Below, piece by piece: positions 53,301 through 64,000 of a stretch of 64,000 nt of DNA; the stretch's first letter is position 1; the number at the start of each line of letters is the position of its first letter. Under the pieces are notes generated by a model, which was given only the letters and a program-made list of their open reading frames with translations, did no database searches and was not told the DNA's origin. The DNA comes from Octopus vulgaris (taxonomy: Eukaryota). Position numbers and translations under genes: made by a program. Location: assembly GCA_951406725.2 (NCBI GenBank), contig OX597817.1, positions 11,346,001 through 11,410,000 of the forward strand, given 5' to 3'.

Positions 53301-54083
53301 GGGCGGCGATCTGGCAGAATCGTTAGAACGCCGTGCGAAATGCTTAGCGGTATTTCGTCTGCCGTTACATTCTGAGTTCAAATTCCGCCGAGGTCGACTT
53401 TGCCTTTCATCCTTTCGGGGTCGATAAATTAAGTATGAGTTACGCACTGGGGTCGATGTAATCGACTTAATACCTATGTCTGTCCTTGTTTGTCCCCTCT
53501 GTGTTTAGCCCCTTGTGGGTAATAAAGAAATAGGTATTTCGTCTGGCGTTACATTTTGAGTTCAAATTCCGCTGAGGTCGACTTTGCCTTTCATCCTTTC
53601 GGGGTCGATAAATTAAGTATGAGTTACGCACTGGGGTCGATGTAATCGACTTAATCCGTTTGTCTGTCCTTGTTTGTCCTCTCTGTGTTTAGCCCCTTGT
53701 GGGTAATAAAGAAATAGGTATTTCGTCTGCCGTTACATTGTGAGTTCAAATTCCGCTGAGGTCGACTTTGCCTTTCATCCTTTCGGGGTCGATAAATTAA
53801 GTATCAGTTACGCACTGGAGTCGATGTAATCAACTTAATCCCTTTGTCAGTCCTTGTTTGTCCTCTCTGTGTTTAGCCCCTTGTGGGTAATAAAGAAATA
53901 GGTATTTCGTCTGCCGTTACATTGTGAGTTCAAATTCCGCTGAGGTCGACTTTGCCTTTCATCCTTTCGGGGTCGATAAATTAAGTATGAGTTACGCACT
54001 GGAGTCGATGTAATCAGCTTAATCCCTTTGTCAGTCCTTGTTTGTCCCCTCTATGTTTAGCCCCCTGTGAGCAATAAAGAAAT
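53301..54083 (+). mobile_element. type D SINE: one head plus four tandem 184-bp body units
   Basis: Unit starts TATTTCGTCT at 53351, 53535, 53719 and 53903. Confidence 0.95.
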
Positions 54084-54224
54084 ATATATAATATGATATA
54101 ATATAAAGACGGATGGAGAGATAGATAAGGGAAAGAAAGAGAGAGATAGAGTGAGAAGAAGTGTGAGAATGAGTACAGTATATTTTGCATGAATTCGTAT
54201 AAATAAATAAATTTTTTTTTTGGC

Positions 54225-54745
54225 GAAAACGTTATATAGCAGGTCGAGCAAAATGCTTACCGGTATTTCATCTTTACGTTCTGAGCTCAGATTCCGCTTT
54301 GCGTTTCATCGTCTCGGGGGCAATAAGGTAACTACCAGTTAAGAACTGAGGTCGATGCTATCGACTCTCACCCCCGAGATTGTTGGTCTCGTAACAACAT
54401 TTGAAACCATTATTATCGATATTATGCGGTGAGTTGGCATAATTGTTAGTGCGCTGGGCGAATTGCTTACCGATATTTCGCTTGTCTCTACATTCGTTAC
54501 AGTTCAAATTCCGCCGAGGTTGACTTTACCTTTCATCCTTTCGGGGTTGATAAATTAAGTACCAATTACGCACTGGGGTCGATATAATCAACTTAATCTG
54601 TTTGTCTGTCCTTGTTTGTCCTCTTTGTGTTTAGCCTCTTGTGGGTAGTAAAGAAATAGGTATTTCGCCCATCACTACGTTCGTTACAGTTCAAATTCCG
54701 CCGAGGGTCACTTTACCTTTCATACTTTCGGGGTTGATAAATTAA
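54225..54745 (+). mobile_element. further type D SINE copies, one with a second partial unit
   Basis: Same motifs; AAAGAAATAGGTATTTCG junction at about 54650. Confidence 0.8.
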
Positions 54746-55752
54746 GAGAAAAGCTAAGCGTATGAAAACCCGTGTTGAAACTGCTGCCTTAGATATTCAT
54801 TCTGAGAAATGGCAAGAAAAACCTCTTAATAGCAAATACCCAAAGTATGCTAAAAGACGCGATGTTGACAAAGCCCTGACCCATTAATGGTTAGTGTCTT
54901 CTGGCTTAAAATAAGAAACAGAAGGGTTTAGCGTCTCAAGATCACTGCCTACTTACAAGGAACTACCAGGCAAACATATTAAAGAACGGCAGTAGCCCAA
55001 CATGCCGTGTATGTCAACAACAAAATGAAACCATTGATCATGTTGTCTCCAAGTGCAGTCTTCTTGCGCCTACAGAGTATCTCAACAGGCATGATAGAGA
55101 GCACAATATATCCACTGGGTAAGAAAAAATCTTGGATCTGCCCCATGATAAAAACTGGAGTGAACACAAACCACCTCCAGTGCTTGAAAATGATCACATC
55201 TCACTCCTCTGGAATTTCACTCTTCAAACTGAGAGAAAGATAATTGCGAATAGGCCAGACATCATATTGAAAAACTTCAGACAAAAGACATACCACTTCA
55301 TTGATATGACTGTCCCAAAGGACATAAATGTATTTGTCAAGACCTACCAAAAACTGAACAAGTACAAAGATCTTGAAATAGAAATTGGCAAAATGTGGAA
55401 CCTCAAGACTAAAACAATGTCTGTGTTCATTGGTGGCCTAGAAATGATAGCAAAAAAGGATGATTGCTACCTAGCTCAGATACTAGGAAACCCTAAAATG
55501 GCTGAAATTCAAAAGATAGTGCTCATGGGAACTGCCCATATCCTAAGTAAAATACTGACTATGTAATCTCAAATTTTAAAACAAACTCATTATGTTTTTT
55601 TAAACATTCCCTAGAACAATACTATAAGCAAAACCAAATATATAACATCCTAGGCATAACACGAACATGAACCTCTGACTTGTTGTCTCTTGAGGTCTCT
55701 GGGTGAGACTTGGAGCCAAATTGTACAAATACAAAGCAAAAATCAAACATAT
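54746..55752 (+). pseudogene. R4/Dong-clade LINE 3' part (CCHC and restriction-like endonuclease) ending in (TAA)n
   Basis: CRVCQQQNETIDHVVSKC; ORF 55132-55566 with LWNFTLQTERKIIANRPDII..IDMTVP..KLNKYKDLEIEIGKMW. Confidence 0.9.
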
Positions 55753-56132
<380 letters not shown>

Positions 56133-56189
56133 GAGAAGAAGAAGAAAAAGAAGAATAACAATAATAATATCTATAAGAATAAGAATCCC

Positions 56190-56402
56190 TTCGAGTATTA
56201 GCACAAAGCCTGAAATTTTGGTGGGGAGGGGATGAGTCGATTACATCGGTTCAAGTGCGTCACTGGTACTTAACTTATCGAACCCAAAAGGATTAAAGGC
56301 AAAGTTAACCTCGACTGAGTTTGAACTCAGAACGTAGTGACGGACGAACTGCCGCTAAGCATTTCGCCCGGTGTATTAACGATTTTACCAGCTCACCGAC
56401 TT
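56190..56402 (-). mobile_element. type D SINE
   Basis: GCACAAAGCCTGAAATTTTGG..AAAGGCAAAGTTAACCTCG..CAGCTCACCG. Confidence 0.8.
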
Positions 56403-56478
56403 AAATAATAATAATAGTTGTAGTAGTAGTAGTAGTAGAAATGATGATGATGATGATGATGATGAGGATAATAATAAT

Positions 56479-56541
<63 letters not shown>

Positions 56542-56570
56542 TAAATAAATAAAAAAAAAAAAAAAAAAAA

Positions 56571-56841
56571 AGGGATGTCAGAAACACCTAGACAATATCC
56601 CTGGAAAACCATGTCTCAAGGAAATCCAAAAGATTGTGCTAACAAGTACTGCCCACATCCTTAGAAAAACCCTATCAATGTAAATGTCTGTGTTTGTATT
56701 ACATGGAGATATATCTCTACTTCCCCTCCCCAAGCTTTCAGCTGTATTTCAACAACTCTTAACCTTCACTTGCCCTAGGGCGCTGGGTGTGCCCCGGCAG
56801 GTGATTGCATCAAACATGCAGATTAAAAGTAAATGACAATG

Positions 56842-56872
<31 letters not shown>
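56571..56872 (+). mobile_element. 5'-truncated R4/Dong LINE end between (TAA)n tracts
   Basis: HLDNIPGKPCLKEIQKIVLTSTAHILRKTLSM*, 3' UTR, (TAA)n. Confidence 0.85.
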
Positions 56873-57074
56873 GTGGGGCCAGAGAGAAGTAAGACGTGGT
56901 ATGAGCACAGACCACAGAGAGTGGCAGCGTCGCAGCCTACCAAAAATCCTCTTGGGTTTAATTTATCGACCCCGAGAGGATTAAAGGCATAGTAGACCTC
57001 GGCGGAATTTGAACTCAGAACGTAGCGACATACGAAATGCCACTAAGCATAACTGAAGAAGGCCCTAAGTATGG

Positions 57075-57393
57075 CTTGGATCTATTACCAGAAATTTTTT
57101 TTACATCATTTTGACATCACACGCTGATTCTAGAAACACTATCCACAAACAAAATAAACATGTAAAATATTTCATGAATAAATGACAAACAGTTCTACAG
57201 CTGTTGACAAAAGGGAGGAATTATATAACCTAAAGACATCCCCATTAGAAGAGGAATATTCTAAGGAGACTCGCACTCTCTACTCCTTCTCTTTTTGTCA
57301 CTAGCATTTTTAACCGACAGGCTAACAGAATTAGATGTTGATGCAACTGCTATAGTAAAAACTACCAACCATGTCTTCTATATGTATGATCTC

Positions 57394-57397
<4 letters not shown>
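57075..57397 (+). pseudogene. R4/Dong RT fragment
   Basis: IPIRRGIF*GDS.S and NHVFYMYDLKL (degenerate HL.YMDDLKL). Confidence 0.75.
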
Positions 57398-57424
<27 letters not shown>

Positions 57425-57425
57425 G

Positions 57426-57495
<70 letters not shown>

Positions 57496-57564
57496 TAATA
57501 ATATTAATTATCATTATTAATAATAATAATGATGATGATGATAATAATAATAATGATGATGATG

Positions 57565-57631
<67 letters not shown>

Positions 57632-57654
57632 CAACAACAACAACAACAATAATA

Positions 57655-58198
57655 AATGCCCTGATGCAGTACCAGGCAGTGGCTCTCATGGCTTTTGATC
57701 TTAACTGATTGGAAGTGTTATCGTGTACAAAGTTTTGTCTTGGTATAAAAGATGGGCTACAACAAATATTCTGCTCAATACCACAGATTTGCTTGTCAGT
57801 TGTTTGACCTTAACCAGTTGAGAATGTCCCTTAGTAGCTGACGATATGTGCATCTCTGATCACGAGCAGAAGTAGTGGGGGAGTAATGAGAATAATTCGT
57901 TGGGATTTGGATAAATCACCTTTGGAAACATGGGTGTTTTGTTCATCATCCTTAAACAAACCTTATTCAAGGACCTTTTGAACAGGTTGGGCTACTTGAA
58001 CTGAAAGAAATTATAAATGGACCCCACTTGCAAGGTCAAGTGCTGTTTATCTTGATATGAGATCACCATGTCGCGCACATATGGATGGGATGCATGTGCC
58101 TGGTATACCCTCATCAGAAGAGTAATCATGATGTATATATTGGGCTTCGTATATTTTACCGCAGTGTCACTTTAATGGCATGTACTGCTCTCTCACTC
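57655..58198 (-). mobile_element. interspersed repeat, probably a non-LTR 3' end, flanked by (AAT)n
   Basis: Higher-GC block with sharp (AAT)n boundaries; clade and strand not established. Confidence 0.4.
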
Positions 58199-58369
58199 AA
58201 TAATAATAAGAATATTAATAATAATAAGAATATTAATGGTTCCAAATTTTGCCACAAGAGCAGAGATTTGAGGAGAGGGGATGAGTCGATTACATGGACC
58301 CCAGTGTTCAACTGGTACTTATTTTATCGACCTCGAAAGGATGAAAGGAAAAGTCGACAAAAGAATTTG

Positions 58370-58797
58370 ACCAGATTAGTAAATATAAAGACTCGCTAAT
58401 AGAAATTGAAAAAAATGTGGCATCTCAAGGCGACTACAATACCAGTGATTGTAGGATCTCTAGGAATGATTAAAAAAAAAGGTACTGAAACCTATTTAAA
58501 AATGATACTAGGCTTACCATCCCTACAGGAAGTGCAGACAAATCGTGTTAACTGGAACGGCTCATGTACTGAGAAGAGCATTATCGCTGTGAAAACAACA
58601 TCCATTCATGAATTTATTTATTTATTTATTTATTAATTTTTTAAATACATATTTTATCTGTGAATTTGCGTGTGTAATCTGGGAATGCATACAATGAGCT
58701 TCTCTGCCCTAGGTGTACGGAAAACACTCGGCGAGAAACGGAAGAAAATTTGAAGAAAGAAGGAAAAAAAAAAAAAAATAATAATAATAATAATAAT
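58370..58797 (+). mobile_element. R4/Dong LINE 3' end with (TAA)n tail
   Basis: IEIEKMWHLKATTIPVIVGSLGMI..YLKMILGLPSLQEVQ. Confidence 0.85.
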
Positions 58798-58854
58798 GGC
58801 GGTGCCCCAGCATGGCCACAGCTCATAGGCTGGAACTGGAATCAATCAATCATA

Positions 58855-58908
<54 letters not shown>

Positions 58909-59409
58909 AGAAAACATACATACATGCACATATGCAAAGGAATGTAATTCAGTGTAATTCCAAGTTCGTTTGTTGGAATACCAACAAATAAGATAGGAGC
59001 CATTCGGTTTTGAAATGGAATACAAAGGGTATACCCGTACACAAACATTCAAATGGACATGCATCAGACATACACATATATCTCTGCGCCTGTTGAACGT
59101 GTGTGTGTATGTTTAGTGTGTGAGTGAGTGAGTATGTGCGTTAGAGTGTTAGAGAGAGAGAGAGAGAAAGAAAGAGAGAATCTGTGTGTGTGTGCGTGTA
59201 TGTGCGTGTTCATGGACAGGTATCGTATGACTAAAACAAATTCAGAAGCAGTCGACAACATAAATGAAATAACACAACGTCTGTACTGCTACTGTACTGC
59301 TACTGTACTCTCTGGCCTTGTTTCTAAATTAGAAGCAAAAATCATTTGCCAACGTTTCAATTAAGTTTGTAAGACAAGACCTTATAATTCATTGCATGAT
59401 ACACTAATA

Positions 59410-59961
59410 TTTCTACTATAGGTACATGGCCTGAAATTTTGGGGAGAGGACTAGTTGATTACATCGACCCCAGTATTCCACTGGTACATAACTTATTGAC
59501 TCCGAAAGGATGAAAGGCAAAGTCGATCGCAGCGGGATTTGAACTCAAAACGTAAGGGTGGATGAAATACAGCTAAGCTTTTGTTCAGTTTGATAACGAT
59601 TCTGCCAGCTCGCCACCTTAACATCATACACTAATATGACAGATTTACCAGCTACCTCCGAGTAAGATATGAGCAAATAAAGGATTCTCTGTGAAGTCAA
59701 TAGATCTGTTATAACTAGCAGCTAAATATATATTTCTTTACTGCCCACAAGGGGCTAAACATAGAGGGGACAAACAAGGACAGACAAAGGGACTAAGTCG
59801 ATTACAAAAGCTTTTGTGTGAAACTGGTACTTTATTTATCGACCCCGAAAGGATGAAAGGCAAAGTTGACCTCGGCGGAATTTGAACTCAGAACGTAACG
59901 GCAGACGAAATACAGCTACACATCTCGCCCGGCGTGCTAGCGTTTCTGCCAGCTCGCCGCC
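59410..59961 (-). mobile_element. two type D SINE copies (59410-59620, 59730-59961)
   Basis: Diagnostic type D motifs with the two alternative 3' ends. Confidence 0.85.
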
Positions 59962-60589
59962 CAGTGTATAAACAAAATGATGAGCGCATGAAATGACAAA
60001 GAACATAACTACAAAAGTCACATCTTATCATATGTGAAATGCTGAGGCACCAAGAAACTGTAAAAACCAGAATGACAATGACAGCACCAGCAATAACAAT
60101 TATAGCAATAATACGAACAATAACTCATTTATGTAATAAAAAGTAAAAATTCCCTACTTGTATCTCTCTAAATTTTCTTCGTATCTATAGAGCAAGTTCA
60201 CCTCGTATGTTCTGCTCTTGAAATTTCTCACCAAACTTAAAAAGTAAATCCTGGAGAAAACATGATCAACCAAAATGCTACAAGGTAGCTGCTCCAATAT
60301 GGCCGCAGTCCAGTAAACCGAAATCTGCAAAGATGTTGAAAAATAAAACGAATAACACAGACACATACACAAGCACGCACGCACACACGCACACACGCAC
60401 ATACACACACACACACACACACACGCACACACACACACACGCATGCACGCACACGCACACACAGAGACACAGACGCACACACAGCTCGCACGCGCATTCA
60501 TGCATAACTGATTTGCACTAGCCACATAGTTACTGATGTTACTAGAGGTCATCATGTGTTTCAGGTTCTTCAGCAATCAGTCACCCTAA

Positions 60590-61140
60590 CCCAGATGAGA
60601 CACCTAATATTCGTCAAGCCCTAACGAGTGTTCCGTTAGCACTGCCCTATCCAGTTTCAGCTCAAATATTCGACCCACATTGCACTCCCTTGAAATTACC
60701 ACTGATATTTTCGTAAGCAAATTTAAAGGCCCCTGTGATACTTTAAATTTTGTTGGCTCTGCAAAGTTAAATGTTGTGGACTCTCTACATCTCACATTGA
60801 AGGGATCATACCTCACTCGTAACTCGCTTCGACTTAACTCCACCAGCTCAGATAATTTTGATATCTTCTCGTTTACTTCATCGATATACTCCTCCCAAAG
60901 AACGGAACGCTTTAACAGAACCAACAGCTTCGATGTTTCCAAAATCAGCACCGTCTCTGCTCTTAGAGATATTGAAGCTACAATTTCAGGGAAAATCGTT
61001 TGCTTTACCAGGTTCACTTTCATTCTTGAATTATTTTATCCGCTAACATGTAACCCCTTAGGATGCAGATATCAGGAATCTTATACAGTCTATGTTTGGG
61101 GTTACCTTTACTAGGATCTTTCCAATACAGTATGAGTGGA
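60590..61140 (-). pseudogene. HERO/R2-group LINE restriction-like endonuclease remnant
   Basis: ORF 60604-61023: FPEIVASISLRAETVLI..LVLLKRSVLWEEYIDEVNEKISKLSELV..DPFNVRCR resembles FP.EI..T.LRPD.V..VELTVPWEE...ERK..KY..L..P.EVGCRG. Confidence 0.65.
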
Positions 61141-61555
61141 ACGAATATTAGAAATGACTGCTCAAATACATCTATACTGCATTAGTCGACAGCGGGAGTA
61201 AATGTTAATTATACATATTCCTGCAAAAATGGCGTGTGTTAGAAAGTCTAAGGACAATTTAATGACAAAAAGCCCCGCTTTTTTTATGCAACGGAAATTA
61301 AATGAATATAAAAAAATACTGTTACTATTTTCGCATTTCATGTAGGAGCTGATATGTATCTCATTTAAGTATCCATTGCATTCATTTATCTTCGTCAGTA
61401 GAAAGATGGCGAGGGTTCTAGTCTTCTGAAGAGTGACCAATTATCCACGAAACCTGTATATATATGCATATATATATATATATATATACCTAAATAGATA
61501 CACACTCGCTGCTAAGTTCATATGTATATGTGTGTGAATATATATTACAGACGTG

Positions 61556-61589
<34 letters not shown>

Positions 61590-62369
61590 GAAAGAGTTAA
61601 GATTTCGTAATTTATTCATCAGACTATTGCACATAAATAAACATATTATTAGATATCTTTTCATTAAGATCGATCGTGAGCATAGTTTTTTTTTGTTACT
61701 GTGAAAAGTTCTGTGTTTAATTATAGCCAAACTAACAGAATAGCTTATGATAATAATTAGATTGAAATGATATTTCTGTGAATCTTCATTTCAGTATATT
61801 TACATGTGTCCGCTTGGAGTGATTCTCTCACTATGGTTGGTACTCTCTTTGTATTTCGCTAACTTTTCCGTCGTCATTGTTCATAGAAGCGGTTTTACCT
61901 TTTTTCGTTTTCTTTTCTACTTTTTTTTTCTTTTTGTCATCGTACAATGTTAAAGAAGCACAGAAGTTTTAAATAGTTTTCTTCTACAAACAGATAAACA
62001 ACAACATAACTTATTTTGTTTAGAAATACCAAATATTATGCTTTAAGAAATATGCCAGCCGAGGCAAAGCACCGGAAAATAAATAAGAGAAAACTGTCGA
62101 GACTTTTATTTGTTTTTAATGCTTAATTCGAGGTGGGAGAGTAAATGACATACACCCCTGAGGATTGTTTGGAGTTCTAAGAGACACAGCATTTGGATAA
62201 GATTACTAAATTTTGAATTGCTCTGAACTTTTAGAAGTGAGTTATTTTTCTAATCAAAGCAGAAGTGTGGCGGTAAATACAAGAGTTTCGACTTTCTAAA
62301 TTCAAATCTTAAGTTCATGAAACTTTATATCTCATTCCAATATAATAAATAGTTATTTTTTTTTTTTTT

Positions 62370-62613
62370 TTTATTGTTTCATTCATTAGATTGCAGTTAT
62401 GCTGCGGAACCGCCTTAAATGTTTAGCTGAATGAACTGACCTCAGTACTTATTTTTTAAAGCCTGGTACTTGTTCTATCGGTTCCTTTTGCCGAACCGCT
62501 TCGTTACGGAGACGCAAACACACCAACCCCGGTCGTCAAGCGGTGTCTGAGGTGAGGAGGCAAAAACAGACACAATCACACACACACACACGCACATACC
62601 TATGTATATACAC

Positions 62614-62692
<79 letters not shown>

Positions 62693-62853
62693 CGACGGGC
62701 TTCTTTCAGTTTCTGTCAACCAAATCCACTCACAACGCTTTGTTCGGCCCAATGCTATCGTACAAGACACTTTCCTCATGTGCCACACAGTGGCTCTGAA
62801 CCCGGAAACGTAGTTGGTAAACAAGCTTCTTATCACACAGCCACGCCTGCGCC
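62370..62853 (-). mobile_element. type A SINE, diverged
   Basis: Reverse complement match to head CACAGCCACGCCTGCGCC. Confidence 0.85.
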
Positions 62854-62910
62854 TGTCAGCAATATTTTTCATTATATTGACTGAACGTTTATATATATAT
62901 ATATATATAT

Positions 62911-63196
62911 AGTAAAAGTAATTAAGATTCAAGTGGGTTCTGTTGAATTCACATGAATGAGGTACTTAACTTAGATGCACCAGAAATCTATATGGTATTA
63001 TTATCTAAATCTGATTTTTATAGAACTATCCCGAATGTTTCATGAGTGTAGCCTCACCCCCTTAGATGTTTTGAGAACTCAGATGTTTTTTCGGCTGATG
63101 AGTACGGGCCACGTGTTTTTGCTGCAATATTTGCAGCCTTAATAAAGGTGTCTTCGTACGAAACAATTGTACCGAAATATTGATCCATTTTTGTTG

Positions 63197-63200
<4 letters not shown>
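62911..63200 (+). mobile_element. (TA)n-flanked ~290-bp Penelope-derived element
   Basis: Bounded by (TA)n at 62890-62910 and 63200-63245; carries a canonical hammerhead. Confidence 0.65.
63089..63177 (+). ncRNA. type I hammerhead ribozyme, canonical core with extended loop II
   Basis: tttcgg-CTGATGA-GTACG-(48 nt with GCTGCAA/TTGCAGC hairpin and AATAAA)-CGTAC-GAAAC-aatt-GTA-ccgaaa; 6-bp stem I, 5-bp stem II, predicted cleavage after 63171. Confidence 0.9.
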
Positions 63201-63248
<48 letters not shown>

Positions 63249-64000
63249 GAGAACATCTATAAGTAAGGCTATTTTCTGTGAATGAACTCTCTCAAAATTT
63301 CATTACTCTTAACTTCAGGAAGCAGTTTTACATGACAGTTTACTTCTTATTGAAGACTTTTCATGTTTCAAACTTTTTTTTATTGAGATATTTCAACTTT
63401 ATTGAGGCAACGTGACCTGCATAAAATACAGGATATTTAACACCATTATTGATGTAACCACGAAATTTAAATTCGAAATAAAAGGATTGTCCTTTACTTT
63501 GACAACACATTCATGCCAAATACTTAAAATGATATAGGAACCAGACTTATATGATATCCATGCCTTACCAAATGTCATTATCTCAGTGGAGATGAAATAA
63601 TGTTGGTTGCAGCGTCGTTTAATTTGGAAGTGCCATATCGTTTGGAATGTTATTAGAAACCTTTCCAGTATATTTAATAAACAAAATAACTTCAGATAAG
63701 AACTGTAATTACTGCCCAGACTTGGCATTTTGGGAAATGATTTCTTTCTTTATTTTCAAAAATGACCTAAGGGCTATAATACAAATGGGGTAACGCCAAG
63801 AATTTAGATAATTCACAGAGGTGGTAATGTACTAAATCTACTAAACATTAAAATGAAGAGTAAAACCTCTCATACTGATCTTGATAGCAGGTTAGCTATT
63901 AAGATCAGTATGAAACTTAAATTTTGAGCAAAATTAATTCCTATTATCTTATAATTGCTCCTCTTCTTTAACAGCCGCTAACAACTGACGCTAGATATTT

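Noticed and set aside
53301-54083. Regular repeat array as CRISPR or hammerhead retrozyme
   Set aside because: Units are contiguous with no unique spacers, no cas genes, eukaryotic context, and no CUGANGA/GAAA core on either strand
63030-63066. Antisense hammerhead-like motif (GTGAG/CTCAT stem followed by GAAAC)
   Set aside because: CUGANGA core is not recognisable and stem I is not convincing
63870-63913. 19-bp hairpin as a pre-miRNA
   Set aside because: Only 44 nt in total, too short; surrounding sequence may be a decayed DNA transposon

Overview
AT-rich, repeat-saturated eukaryotic DNA with no protein-coding host gene that I can support. The mix of tRNA-derived SINEs and long (TA)n/(TATG)n/(CTAT)n/(TAA)n microsatellites is what I recognise from octopus (coleoid cephalopod) intronic or intergenic DNA; the species is an inference. 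Most ORFs in the track are microsatellite or SINE read-throughs. The window holds four or more SINE types that share heads and tails in different combinations, several decayed R4/Dong-type LINEs ending in (TAA)n, HERO-, RTE- and CR1/L2-like LINE remnants, non-autonomous Helitrons and mariner fragments. A full-length decayed Chapaev3-type DNA transposon sits inside a Penelope GIY-YIG gene and itself contains a Helitron. The main result is a dispersed set of type I hammerhead ribozyme motifs in (TA)n-flanked Penelope-derived elements. Two have a fully canonical core (41611-41687, 63089-63177) and several are near-canonical. Two carry an AATAAA inside loop II, 17-25 nt upstream of the predicted self-cleavage site. 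All family assignments are by eye from motifs, not from database searches.
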